A stretch of 62,862 nt of DNA, counting the filler. It is 4 parts of 4 records of this genome, joined end to end, with 100 filler letters (N's around TTAATTAATTAA, not from the genome) between each part and the next. Parts side by side here need not be neighbours in the genome. Positions count along the whole stretch, not along the records: positions 15,753 to 34,701 come from SRR2962707_4523; 3 more parts are not named here. The stretch is one strand, 5' to 3'. Below, one piece after another: positions 20,601 to 33,850 of the stretch. Positions within the stretch are counted from its first letter, which is position 1; the number at the start of each line of letters is the position of its first letter. The notes under the pieces are model-generated. The model saw only the letters and a list, made by a program, of their open reading frames with translations, was not told the origin of the DNA and did no database searches. Position numbers and translations under genes: made by a program.

Positions 20601-23600
20601 CAGCGTAGCTAGCTCACGCGAAGCGGTTACGAGAGTGGCTTGAACCTCACTGAGTTCTTCACTGAGGTTGTGAAGAGTTGCACTACGCCGGAGTGTGTCC
20701 CAATCTTCTGAAGTGTCGGCACTAAACAATTCCCGCAAGTAGGGCCATTGGCCACCAGCGACCGCACCACGTCCAAATCCAACGGCACCACCAGCGCCCC
20801 GATTTGTGTTGCTTGCTCCGCCATCAGCACACCACTGCCGCATTCGGTGCTTGAAAATGCCCAGTAGGCGCCCCAAGTGGTAGCGACCAGCAACACTGTC
20901 AGCGTTTGCCAGAACGCCACCAAGGTTCCCAGCACCAGCAATTCCACTTGCTCCCATAGTGGATTTCGGTGTTCCATACAAAGATGACGAACCCTCGACG
21001 CTGACTGAACGATCCACAGGTGGGAGAGACGTTTGAATTCCCCAGCCATTGCTGCTCCGCTGCCCACGATGGCGTGCACTTCCACCACGGCTACTCACAC
21101 CGCCTTCACCAACACCAGCACCTACTGCACCACTTGTTGACTCAGAACTGCCACTTCCACCACGATTCAATCGCTCTTCAACTCGCAACACTTGACTCAA
21201 AAAATCTCCCCCAAGGCCGCCGCCCCCAAGAGCTCCGCTCCCAAGCTCTACATCATGGTGGACGCCAGAGCCACGCACAATTTCGGCAAGCGGGGACAAA
21301 TGCACCGACGCTGCATTGCTAAACCGAGGTCCCCCGCGACCGTAGAAAGAGCTATGGCCCTGCAATGCTTCCATTCCCGTGCTACCATAGGTACGTCTGC
21401 CTTGCTCGACTCGTCCCGGGTCAACATATGCTCGCGCACAGAAAAAAGGAACCTGCGTCAATTGAATGCAAATATTGAGATGGAACAGAAAGCCGCAAAT
21501 TGAGACGGTTTTGGAAACCAAGCGGCGCTGGTCAACCATCACGCAAGGGAAAAACGTACCACAGCAGCTACCTTAACTCCGACGACACTTCCTGTGGCAG
21601 CATCTGCTGCCGTCGCAACTGCTCTGAGGGGACTGATGAATGGTTCTCGTGCCTCTCGTAACTGCATAGACTGAAGGTCCAACTGAAGGCCGAAGTGCGT
21701 AGAACCACAGGGTGCTTCAATTGTATCCCCACGCGCCCCATCCGGTGCACCTGGATGAAGTGGGTGACGCTGGAGAAAATACTTCGAGCGGTTGGGCAAA
21801 TCTCCCAGCTGCAATAGACAGCAGTGCCACAAGAACAAAGATCTCAGAAAATGCCAAACAAATCGCATGCCAATAAGCGAAACTCCACACACAAACCTCT
21901 GCCTGCCTGATCAACTCCGCCACATCGGGGCCGTAGTACGTGGTCACTTGGACAGGCTCCCCGGCGACACGTCGACTAAAGCGTTTGATCACAAATCGAT
22001 CAGGAAAGCGTTTGGCTTGCTCTTGAGGGCAACCTGGGCTAGGGTTGCGCCAAGAAATACTGCCCGAGTCTTGCTCTTCGGGGCCTTCAAGAGGCCAGTT
22101 GTTCGTCTCTGGTTCATCGGGGCGCCCGCGACGGCGATCCGTGTCCACAAATGCGTAATCGGAGATTATCCAGTCGCTTCAAACAAAGTTACATTCGCAA
22201 ATAGACAGATGAAGACACGTTCGAAAGCAGGGTGGAAAAAATTGCGAAAAAGGCACCATATTGACTTGGGATTTGGGAGTCGGACGCACCAGCCAAAAGC
22301 AAGCTCATCCAATGGTACGGCCATATTAACAACCCCATCGTTGAAGCCCACGTTGCGCCGTGATACGGCAACAACGTGGCTCTGATCTTGCTGATGAGCT
22401 TTTTTCGCAATATCGGCACAATATTGAACCACGAGGAGCCGGCCATCGCGTTGACGCGTTGCCTGCAACCATTGCACAGAACGAACCGTTAGCAAGGCAC
22501 AAAGAAAAGCTTTTAACCTGAGCGGATTTAGCCTACCCCAAAAGCTGTGGCACAACGATGATGTTGTAAGCACACAAAAAACGAACGTCTTTGTAAGCTT
22601 CCACATCGGACTCAAGCAACTGCCGGTGCAAGTCACCAAAGAACCGCACCGTCGCGCCAACGAGCCACGACTTGCATCGACGAGTGGAGTACCACGCTAA
22701 CTTTTGCAGCGTGTGTGAAAAATTGAAGTCCGTGGCGTGCCCCAGCGCGCCGCCGCCATCTTCCGGGCCTTGCAGCCCTACAACGTCCTGTATCAACTGA
22801 TGAAAACCGGTACCAAGGTGGCGCTGCCCTGCAGCTTGCTTCGCGCCGGCGACAAGATCAAACACTTCACTGGAAAGGTATCGCACCGCCCAATTGGCAC
22901 CCTCGAGGAAGTGGACGAGAGTGCGAACATATATTTCAGTTTTCTCATCATTGTTCAGAAGCTGAACTTGAGTAGGTCGCATTGGAGCCGTCTCAGGGTT
23001 GGGGTCAAAATAATGGCACAAAACGTCCGCGTGGGGCCGGCAGAAAATCTGGATTGCCTCAAGTACCTAAAAATGAAACAGGGGAGATTAAGAACACACA
23101 CAGCAACACGAAACAAGCAACCAGGCATGTGATGACTAAGCGGCAGCAATACCTCATTATCGTTTGCACGAAGAAGAAAGCTTGGAAAAAACTCGCGAGT
23201 GGCTGCCTGGCTGCAGAGCAGCGTCACAAGCTGCGTCAACAAAGCAAAATGCCGCATGGTCTCTGGGCGTGATGTGAGGAGCAGCTCAGTTGCTTGAACC
23301 ATCGATGCCAGAATCTGTAAGAAGTGGTACCGTGCAGCAGAACGCCAATTCAGTTTAATTCATTCAGCAAGAAAGTTTAGAAAGCGGACAAACACTCTGA
23401 CCCATAACAAAAACGAACCTGAAACAAGCACACGTTGCTGTTTGGCAGTGGAAAGGCAAGCCGGCGCTGTTGCTCTTTCGATTGTGCAAGTACCGGTGCA
23501 AGGCCAAGCAGCGAGTGTGCCAACTTTGGGACGGGACCAGCCTGGTCAGGCAAAGTGTAAAGGCTCTCCAGCAGCAAGGACAATAGGGAGGCGCTCAGCT

Positions 23601-26600
23601 CATATTTCCGGCGCTCCTGCGCGCGGCTCGCCCATGGCCGGAATGTACAGACGTTGGCAGCATCTTCGAACGTTGAACCGAAGAAGCGCGTCCCTACTGG
23701 ACGGTACCTTTCGGATCCAGCAAGAGCTGCAATTTTGCGTGAGAGCAAAGGCACTGTAGTCGGGAATGTATCGCCAAGGAGGGCCAGGAAAGGATCTGAA
23801 GCACCAGCACGGCGGCGCGAAACCGCGTCCTGGTCTTGCTTGCGGCGATGCACCGCACGCAAGAGAGCTGCAGCAGAGATTTGATGATCGTACACATTGC
23901 AGACACACCACTCTATTTGCAGTGAAGAAGCTTCCGGCTCTTCCGGCCATGTTACCAGTCTGGCAATTTGTTGAAGGCGACGAGAATCTAAAACATCTTC
24001 GATTCGTTTGAATTCAACCTCCATCGGGATCAAGAACTGCTGCGCAGTGGCCTAAACGACAGTTGGTCCAACACATCAAAACTCCAATGTCCTCAAAGCA
24101 TGAAACGAAACGAAGCAACGAGTACCCACATTGCACGATTGACAACCAACCTGCACTTGCTCTGCCAGAGCTTGCTGCTGCTGCTGCTGCTGCGCCAACT
24201 GCAGAGATGCATGTCTTCCCCGCGCATTGTTTGCCGTTCCTGTGCGTGTTGAACGAGTTCTCCCCGCGCGTGCACCATCTGAAGGTGCAGAAAAGTTCGT
24301 TGGCCGTTCGCGTCGTGGGTTGTGCACTCGAATGTCCCCTGTATCCCGCTGAATTGCGATTGATGGCCCAGTGGTTGCTGGCAGAATGCTCAGATTGCTG
24401 GACGCGATGGGCCCGAGACCGCGGCCGGCAGCAATCCTGGCCGAGCTCTGGCCAAGCTGCTCCTCTCGTTCTCGATCACGGTGTTCACAGTGAACTCGAA
24501 CCTACATAAAATGCAAGAAAGCAGATCTGACTTGCCGTTTGCACGTTTGTTGTATTGCCCCTCCATGGAGGCACGCACACACACACAACAAAAGCAAGTA
24601 TACAGGCCCGACAGACGGACCGCGTCATGAGCATCCTGGAAGGCTCCGTGCAATGACGATGCAATTTCCAAAATTTTAGTAGCCTCGCCAACAGCTCGCA
24701 TTGGCCAACAACGAAATTCGTCGTCACAGGCGCTCGGATCTTGAAGGGCATTGTTTTCCATTACAGAATCCAGTACCTGAGCATGTTCAGAATACGATTG
24801 CTAAAATAACACAGTTCAAGGAATGAGAGTGAGATATGGGTGTTGCAAGCGGCTACATGCCTGGAAAATGAGGCTGAGGAGAGGTGGTTCACTGCCTTTA
24901 GTAACCCCACCATGAACTGACTGGGAGACAGTGAGCAGCCACATAATGTCAAAAGCACTTGAAGGGGAGTGAGGTTGGTATTCCCAAGGCGCAAAATCGT
25001 TCACGATGCGACCACCGGTTCCACCGGCAGCAGCGGCAGCAGAGCCTCCGGCCGTATCACGAGTAGGGGCGGCAGTGCCTGCTCCACCACGCTCAGTACC
25101 CATGGCCGCTGCGCGGATATCTACGAAATCTTGCTGCATGTTGGGGTCATCCTGATACTTTTCCAAAACACACCGAACGATTGCAAGGCAGAGTGCTGTG
25201 ATTTGCCATTTCTGCCACCGCGTCTCAGGCTGGAAAATAAACATGTGAGCCCGGGGCAGATGCTTACTTCGGTGCACAAACAACACCTCCAATACGAAAT
25301 ACAGGTACGGGTAAAACCCTTGGTTTTGTTCACGCCACTCGTAACCAAGGCAACGCAAACGCTCATGGGCTTGGTGCGATGGTATTGAGTCCACCAAAGC
25401 CAACATCATTGAAAGGAAGCCGGTCAGGTAATAGTAGCACCCTGACATTTTCTCCACCGCTTGAAGACGTCCCCGAATGGACAGCTCAGCCTGGCCATTG
25501 AAAACGGCCCCCGTCCGCGCTCCTGTTGTGGGTGCAATCAAATTGAAGCCCCGTGCTTTTTTGTTGTCGAAGCTTGCGAACACAAGATCAACCCAGGCAA
25601 AGTCTTGGCCTTTCACATGGCACTGAGCGATGGTCGCGAGAGTTTTCATAGCTTCACCTTGAACGCGGATGCATTGAATCTCGGTAAGAGCGAGCTTGAT
25701 CAGAAGCTTTGGCCAACACCAGCAAGGATCGTTAATATTGTCTTCGTCGAAAACAATCAGCATGTGCGAAGGTGCATTGCTTTTAGGGTCGTTGCTCTTC
25801 GATTTCTTGCTTGACTTTCGACGACGGCTCGAATCATGCCCCCGAGCCCCTGACACCGTCTCCCCCGGCCGAGGCCCACGAGCGTTTGACACGAAAAAGT
25901 CCATTGTGGCAGACTCCGTGGCAAATCGAAGGGTAGCGCGGAACATGGACAGCTGGGCAGCCAAAACAAGTTCTCCATCGGCTGACGGTTCATCATCTTG
26001 GAAGCCTGTGCTTTGCTTATCATGCCGAGACGCCAACCTGTGTTTGCGCTCAAGGTTGGCAAATATGTCCGGGAGCTCGTTGAATTTAAGTGCATGTGCA
26101 GCCCCCTTGTCGGAGGCACCGAGCCCGTCTGCAAGCCCCCCACGCTGAGTAGCTGTTCGAGCCTTGCCTCCACCAACGTACGCATAAATACCGAGAGACT
26201 TCTCAGGTGAGCCAGCGAGGCGAGCAAAAAGGTGCAGGACCTCCGTCTCGAGCTTCCACTTTGCTTGCCGCATCTCATGTTTGACAGGACCTTCGACATC
26301 CGTGTGCTCGTCCTGCCGAATTACGCCTTCGTGAATTCTTTCTGTAACCACCAAGAAAGTATGAGTGAGGTGCTTCCAGTGCAAGCACACTGGAAGAGTC
26401 GACGTTTCTGACAGTGACATTTTGTCGATTTCAAGGTGCCAAGTGAGGCCCAAGTCCTGCAGCTGCCACGGATCGGGTCCACTTCGTGGAAGAGCATTTG
26501 AGTGACCATGATCCCTGCCGGTTGACGCAGCGGACATCGGAGCTTTGTGGGGTCCGCATGTACAGCCGCGAAGGCGTCGCAATATCCACGGCACTGTCAC

Positions 26601-29600
26601 ATCGACCTTGCCTGGCATCCCACGGCCTCCACCGCCTCCAGATTCATAGTAACCTCTGTGCTCACTGAGTTCATGAGCTTCGGTGGGCGAGACGTCGCGC
26701 TGAGCTCCACAGGCAAACACAAGCAGTCGTATTGTGCGAAGCTGAGCCTCATTCAGGTCCAGGGCCTGCTCAAGATAGTGAAAGAACTCTCGAGGCGACT
26801 CAAATCCCAAGAAGGATTTCTCGGTTTCAGTACGGCGCTGCAAAAGGAAAGTATCTGGCTGTAGCGTTGCCAATCGTGCCGCAGTCTGTACCATATCTTC
26901 AAAGGAGTCCATGTTTTGGTTCGGCCACTTGCAAATCTCGTCTTGAACGCGATAGTCTGGCATGAGCCACGTGTCATCACCAAGGCCCGTCCCCATCGTG
27001 CTCTTCGGATCTGCTACAGAGTTTAGGACCACGAGGTCGAAAAAACTGGCAAAAAAAGTGTTGAGCGCTTCAACACGATTTAGCGCCGCTCCAAATATTC
27101 TCGACGTGTCCGCTCCACGGCTATGACTGTGCAGAGGTCCGGGCTGAAGCAATGTGCCATGAATGAATTTCATGATATTTGGGGTCTGATGTTCTCCCTT
27201 TTGTACATTTTTCTCTGGCCACATGAATAGCACGTGCAAATTGATAGCGTGCCCACCGTCATTTTTGGCTTGAAGCCCACGCCCGAGGAGGTTGCTTGTC
27301 AAGTACGGCTGAACTGCTGGGGGGTGTGCTCCACGAAGCGAATACTCATGTTTCAATTCTGCTTGGCAATAACGTCGAATCGACGTCACCTCTTGTGCTG
27401 TGACGTCGAGTTGCTTACAAAACACCCACCATCCAGCCCACAAGCAAGCAATCAAGCTATTTTGCAACTCCATGTTGCTAATCAGGTGCTTGATTTTGGA
27501 AATGCAGTCGCCAGCACTTGATGAAGCGCCCGCCGACGTGTTCCCACGCCACGGGGCAGAGGCTAGGCGCAAAATGAAAGGTCCACCACCTTCGCGCACA
27601 TGTAGCGCGTGTCTGATGTCATTGTTTCGAGCAGAATGCTTTCCTTCGTCGCGTTCAAGGAAGTCGTCATTCAAGCCCGTCGGCACCAAGCATACTCGGG
27701 ATGGACAACCCGCCTTTCGCGACTTGTCGAAGGGTGCCTCTTCTACATCTACATCGAATTTGCCGTGTCGCTCGTCCAAGATAATGAAATACATGTACAC
27801 AAGGTCCAGCAAAAGTTGCGGAGCCGCACCGTCGTAGCGTGTGTTCCTGATGATTGAAAAAATCAGCTGCAACTCCTCGTGTGGATACGCAGGGTGCACC
27901 ATCTGATAAACGTCTTGAAGTATCACGGCAATTGTGTGCTTCAATTTTTCAATCGGGTTGGCACTTCCTTCACCAGAACCACCAGCACCGGCACCGTTGC
28001 CACCACTGACTGAGGGGCCACCAGTGCTATTCCCTCCATTATTGGTTGCCGTGGTAGCAAGAGCTGTTAAAGCCATGCTTGAGACCACGCGGCTAGTGCC
28101 GCTAGCTGGCCCTGTTCCAGCGTCAGCTTGACTGCCAACAGTCAGGAGCGTCAGAAGTTTCAGGAGCTTGACACAGTAAGGACGTTCGCCATCAGGATGG
28201 GGACAGAGCAACAAATAATCAGCAGCCCTTGCCATAGCCTACGCACAATTATTGCAAACCAAACGATAAGAGCAGGTCAGCAACCCGGTACAAAACAGTG
28301 ACGAAGCAAGCATGCTGCAGGGAGAACGGGTTGGATTCGTTCACACTCCGGTTCAAGCATGCAAACTCCCACGTGCAAATTCTCAATCGTACCGGATCCT
28401 CCTCAGGCGCAACAAAATAGCCATGACCACGGTCAATTAGACTTCCATCCATACCCTCAAGATGCCCCGCCAATGCCCCGCACTCGCATTTCGAAATCAG
28501 GCTGACATTTCTCTGGAAGCATTGCAGACGCGGCACGTACACAATCAAAGTTGCACCGGCATTGAAATAAAACACGACCAGCAACCCAAGTAAAGTGGAA
28601 ACGCACCGTATGGAAATCCGTTCGTCGCACATGTAGACATTTCAAACGTTCGCGAATAATCTCCGCGACGAGGTCAAACCAGTTTCGAAGCTCTTCGCAG
28701 ATCAATCGCCGTGCTACAACCAAAACTAAGTCTTTCTCGGCACGTGTGAGTTCCGGGTACCTATTTTCAGGAAATGAATACACATCAAAGGCGAAACACG
28801 GTGCTCAGCCCAGTCAATCAAACAAGAGAAAACATGGTCATCGCCAACGACGTACGGAACATTGCCACGATCCGTCGGGCTGAGCACTCGCTGCCGCGCA
28901 AGAAAGTAGAATGCAAACGCCACTTCGTCATCAAGCCAAAATCCAGCCCCAGTGGCTGACTGTGTTGATCCCACATTGGAGCCAGTTGTTGTCAGCGCAG
29001 TGCTATTCGCGCCATTTTTTCCATAGTTTACCAAAAATTCTCCTCGTGGGTCCAGCGGCTCACGTTGAAGACTTTGAATATCACTCCACATGCTGTCTCC
29101 TTTCGGACCTTTGGCAACCATGCAGTACAGCCTGCGGGCAGCTTCAACATCAAGCTGCTTTTCGAGTGTTCGGGCGTCTTCTTTTCGGACACCCGTCGGC
29201 AATATGGCCCTGTCACGAAGTTTGGAGGCCAACTCCTTTACGCTCAGTTTGGACACGTCAGCCCAGGCAGCGCCATTGCCTTCCCCTGGGAGGCAAACTT
29301 TAACCACACCACCGCAGTCAGCATTGGCAAAGTACTCGCGTTCCAAGTAGGGTGGCTGCGAGCGGAATTCTTCAGGCCTGTAGACCAATGGCTCACTCCA
29401 CCAAGCTCGCGTTCGGGGCTCTTGCATGAACTTGAGGAGATCATCCCAGCGGCGGTCGTCGTACAGGCGCCGTGCACGAGCGTGCCGTGAGCAGAAAGCA
29501 CTGATATCGCAGGGATCACCAAGCACGACCTTGGGCTGCACTTCAAGGCGCCCGATAAATGGTTTCGGGTTTTTCTTCAAAGGCTTGGCAGCAGGGGCCG

Positions 29601-29886
29601 GGTCCAGACCCAACCCATTCGAAGGGGCGGCAGCCCAGAAGTCTGTCATTGGTTGCAGGCCAAAACGTTCGCGGGTGCCTGACTCACATGCCCGTGCGGC
29701 AGCACCACAGGCTGTGGACCTTGCAGTTCCAGACCTCGTGTCAGTCAACGCAACAAATCGAGAGCAAAAATAAAAATCTAAACAAAGAAAAAGTGCGAGA
29801 ACCCGAGTCTGGCTTAATTCCAGCGCACTTCCCAGCACCTGTACAGCATCGGCCACTTCGCTGTGGAGTACCGCAAGCTCACCCAT
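17655..29886 (-). CDS. NUP205: Very large multi-exon Nup205/Nup192-like scaffold nucleoporin (start and internal exon boundaries approximate)
   Basis: Chain of minus-strand ORFs (28726-29886, 24816-28235, 23377-24033, 22533-23021, 21717-22148, 19818-21542, 17842-19302) broken by short GT-AG introns; last exon 17786-17655. Nup205-like blocks: LQAVEKMSGCYYYLTGFLSMM, FYPYLYFVLEVLF...QKWQITALCLAIVRCVLEKY, AHSLLG, WVMYLRDGGFL. Confidence 0.68.
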
Positions 29887-30002
29887 TGAAAGAATGTCGC
29901 TTCTTTCACACCATCATCGCGTTGAAAGCACCTGGCAGCACCCGCACACACACAGACGCGCACTGGCCCAGTCTGAGGTGGACGGACTCGTCGGCATGCT
30001 TG

Positions 30003-30087
30003 AGGGAGTGAGTGAGTGCCTGCGAAACAGAAAGTGAGAAAGAGAGAGAGTGAGTGAGTGAAAGAGTGCGTGTGTCTGTGTGTGCGA
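30003..30087 (-). repeat. (CTCA)/(CT)/(CA) simple-repeat tract upstream of the Nup205-like gene
   Basis: Plus strand reads GAGTGAGTGAGT...GAGAGAGAGTGAGTGAGTG. Confidence 0.8.
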
Positions 30088-31539
30088 GAACCACTTCGCC
30101 ACAAGATTAACTACAAACTATCCGATACTATAAAAGGGTAAAGATTGCTGAATAACTTAATGTCACGACTCTTGGCCGTGGTTCGCAGCCCAATACTTCG
30201 TGGTACCACACAGATTTGTCAATTTTTGCTGTATACCGCAGTTGTTTTTATTCAAAAAAAGGCGTTTATTACAAGTACTGTTTGAAGTTTGAAAACAGGG
30301 CAACTTCTGCGTGGGCTTTATGCGGGACGGATTACGAAAGCACAATTTGGTCCTATTTTATTGAACGTATCAACTGGGTAAAATAGGCAATTTTAGCCAG
30401 GAATCTGGAACGGTCGATTGATGTTGTCAAGCTTGGCTTCTGTGGATGTTGTGCATGTGGACGTGTTGCACTTGCCTCGTATTTTGTATTTTGTATTTTG
30501 TATTATTTTCGAGTGGTGCGTTGTGGAGATCGTGACAGGAGCGCTCGTCCGCTACGTGTCGGCATCTTTTTGTTCGTTAGAGATTGCAGTCGATGACATG
30601 TGCACAGTTTCCGAACGGAACCTCGCTGTCCACCACCTACGCTGGAGAATGTTTGAACAGGGACGGTTTTTCTCATTTTGCTAAGACACGTCTCTTTCGC
30701 TTGTTTGAGTTAATAAATGGTTGCACCCGAAGGCATCATTCTGTGCTGTTTCGTGTCGCAGTGCGATTGCGATAGTAGCAATGCTTCAATGGTCGTCCCC
30801 GTTCGCACGGATCACAAGACACAACCTGAAGCTCGGGCGTACGATACTCACGATTTGGCGGTGACATTAAACCCAAACCACGATGTACATCATACATTCA
30901 TGCAATGCCCTTTCTATGTTTTTTTGCTATCTTCACGTGGCACTTTGCACGTCAAAGAAAGCTATCGACAGCCAACACTCCCTTTCCCAACGCCACAGTC
31001 ACTGTAGGCCGCACTCCACCAGCCAGCCCTTCAGCGGCTCGAGTGGTGTCACTTCTCCTTGACTCCGCCCAAACGCAAACCAGCCACCCATCACAAGGTC
31101 TGAAGTGGCGCATTTGACGAGAGGGCGATTGCTCCCTCTCGCAGGGTCCTTGTTTTTCCATCAACTACTGACGTGATCACTAAACCACGTTGAATCCAGG
31201 ATTTAATAGGGAAAATGTAATGAAGAACTAGTATCTTTTATTTACGGGGAATTCGGAATTCGTCCTCACTTTTGTGAATAACGTAAGTACTCGAAGCACC
31301 CTCCGCGACCTCTCGAACCAAAGATTAACTAATTCACTTTCGGCTGAGCATACCAGAGCACGTGGCATTTCGTGGCCTTGCTAGGAATATTGGTAACTAC
31401 TCGAACAGGTTACAAGTGCTTTAGAAGGAAACTGTACTTCTACAAAGGTCTTTTCACAATCATTAGTAAAGCGTGGAGAGGAGTGACCTCCACTCCCGCT
31501 AACCGCGTGTTGGTGGTCAGCACGAAAACACACAGTTGG

Positions 31540-31790
31540 GCTCACCGCTCACTCACTTTACGCACCCTTTCTCACTACTTTCACACTTTCTCTTTCACCC
31601 TCCCTCTCTCTCTCTCGCTCGCTCGGCGAGAACAGCGCAGGTCTGCCACCCAGTCAGGGCGAGTGAGAGCGTGAGTGCGTGAGTGAGTTCTTGGAGTCCT
31701 TGAGTTCTTGAGTTCTACGTGAGTGAGTCTCAGTGGTTGAGTGGGGGAGTGTATGAGTGAGTCTTCGTGAGTGAGCGAGTGTTGGTGAGT
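31540..31790. repeat. CTCA-rich tract followed by a GTGA/GAGT-rich tract (mutually complementary)
   Basis: CTCACCGCTCACTCAC... at ~31541-31620, then GAGTGAGAGCGTGAGTGCGTGAGTGAGT... to ~31790, including degenerate GAGTTCTT tandem units. Confidence 0.75.
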
Positions 31791-32436
31791 GCATCATCCC
31801 CAGCGCGGGACACTTCATGTTGAGGCAGTGATTGCAGGCCTAAATTGGGCGCTTCAAGGAACGCCCCCACTCAGTTCGACAAGGGGAACGAAACGAACGT
31901 CGATTCCGTTCCACAGTGACACCGAGTTTTCGGACGAGAGAACAACGGGACATCACTTGCATTGTCTGCATGCTCTCTTTTAACTTTATTTTAAACTTCT
32001 GGGGCGCACTGTGGATTAACGGCACTTTTTGACCGGTTTTGCACTTCGAACTGCCGACTTTCAACTTCGGACATACATTGAGTGTTGTACGGGTGGGTGC
32101 TAAGAGGTAGCGTTGCTCTCGGAGTAGAGCTTTGTCGACTCAATGTGGCAGCTCCTGGTGGGTGTTGCGGTCGGTATCTTTGTCGGAACTCAATATGAGT
32201 GCCGACCAGCAGTAGAAAAAGTGACAGAGTTTGTGAAGGAGCATCTTCCAAAGAAGAAAGGAGAGTGACGCATGTTTTTTTAAAATAATCTTGATCAACT
32301 AAAATATTAGCAATCGAAGGCGTGAAAGATGTCTGTAAAGGAGTCGTGAAAACACTGAACTTCCGCGATTGTGAAACCACAGAACAAATTCGAATCGCTC
32401 GACAATACAGTCCGGGTATGTCAAAAGCCATTCACT

Positions 32437-33488
32437 CTACTGTGGGAACTTCACCTTGGAAGCTTCACTCTTCACAAAAGCTGCAATAGTCTGCTTGTAT
32501 GCTGCTGGGTCCTCCGTCATCAGCTTTGCAAGCTCAGCATTAGCAGCACCATCAACGCTGGGCTCTCGAAGCTGCTGGACAAATGCATACCTGCAAATAT
32601 CAGATCATAGGGGAAAGAATGTGAGCAAGCATACTTGCGTGAGGCAAACGACTCCCTGTTCGTTCGTGTCGAGGAGACACGAAAAGGGGGACACGCACAA
32701 GACATCAGCTGCAGAGTTCACTGGGGACCACTTTGAACCTAAAATTCAACCGGACATGCACAGAACAGAATAAGCGAGTCGAAGTTTGTGAATGCGAACC
32801 AAAGTGAAGCCGTGAGCGAAGAAAATCATGAATAAGCAATGAAACAATGAACGAGTGGGGCACATTCAAGCAGGAGAGTATTTCAGACAAACCGATGCCA
32901 AGTGCGTCGACGCAAAAAGAATTTTCGTGAGGGTCAACATTAATGTGTTTGAATTTTCCCGTCAACAGGCGGAACTGCAAGGTGACATCGATCAACATAA
33001 AAGGCCGCATAGGTTTAGACGGTGACGCAAGGGAACAACAGGGATGATTTGCAATTACAAGAAGAACAACAAAACACTGGACGCACTGTCGGGGCCTTGA
33101 AAGGGTACTTGTCGGCGAATTCGATCTGAACTTGGAAGACTCCTGGGAAATAAAGTGAGCCCTCTGGTGCTCGCACAACAACGTTCCAGATCAGAGGAGC
33201 GTCGGCGCTAATCGCGATCCGGCAGTGCTGCCGAACGACCTCGTACCTGGCGTCAGCAAAGATAAAAAAACGAACATGTTGGTTCCGAGGGTTTCATACG
33301 GTGCAAGGGAAATTCGGATGCACAAGCCTTCCGGTGGGCGGTGAGTGCCACGAAACACTGGAAAAAAAACACGGGGAAGTGGGCATCAACCGGACTTGGA
33401 CACAGTCGACGTACGTGGCTTCGTTGTCTTTCTTCTTGAGTGGCTTGGCGCCACTGATTTTATCATAGTCGAGTTTGATCCGGTTCAT
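32437..33488 (-). CDS. Ubiquitin-conjugating enzyme E2 family protein, spliced: 33488-33415, 33246-33087, 32974-32893, 32738-32699, 32590-32437 (169 aa)
   Basis: Manual splice gives MNRIKLDYDKI...WNVVVRAPEGSLYFPGVFQVQIEFADKYPFKAPT-FRLLTGKFKHINVDPHENSFCVDALGIGSKWSP...LREPSVDGAANAELAKLMTEDPAAY. All introns are GT-AG and phase-consistent. Confidence 0.9.
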
Positions 33489-33649
33489 GTTGGATAAAAA
33501 CAATCAGTCGTGCGCGGAACAGGCAAGTAGATTGTGTTTTTGAACGAAATAAAAAAATCCTCAAAAAGTGCGACACAAACCGCAGTGTTCAAACACGAAC
33601 TCGCTTGGGCCGTGCCGATTGAAGGCTCCACTCGGTCCGGGTGCACACG

Positions 33650-33850
33650 AAGAGAGAGAGAGGCAGAGCGAGAGCGAGTGACAGAGACAGAGGGACAGAC
33701 AGACGGACAGTCAAAGCGCGAGACTCCGACACACAGACAACGACAACGAAACAAAAACGCACACTCAGGGGGCTCCCACACGGAGTGAGAGCGATGAGCG
33801 TGAGTGAGTGTGAGTGTCAGTGAGTGAGCGACAGACGCCAAGAAGCAGGA
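33650..33850 (-). repeat. (CTCA)/(CT)/(GTCT) tract upstream of the E2 gene
   Basis: Plus strand reads GAGAGAGAG...GACAGACAGAC and GTGAGTGAGTGTGAGTGTCAGTGAGTGAG. Confidence 0.75.

Noticed and set aside
31660..31790. GAGT / GAGTTCTT repeats as a CRISPR array or telomere
   Set aside because: No constant-length repeat with unique spacers, no cas genes, and the tract is degenerate and internal.
15811..33488. UCHL5 plus E2 as a bacterial ubiquitin-like or defence system
   Set aside because: Both genes have spliceosomal introns and lie on a eukaryotic contig separated from the bacterial DNA by spacers. Their proximity to each other is probably chance.
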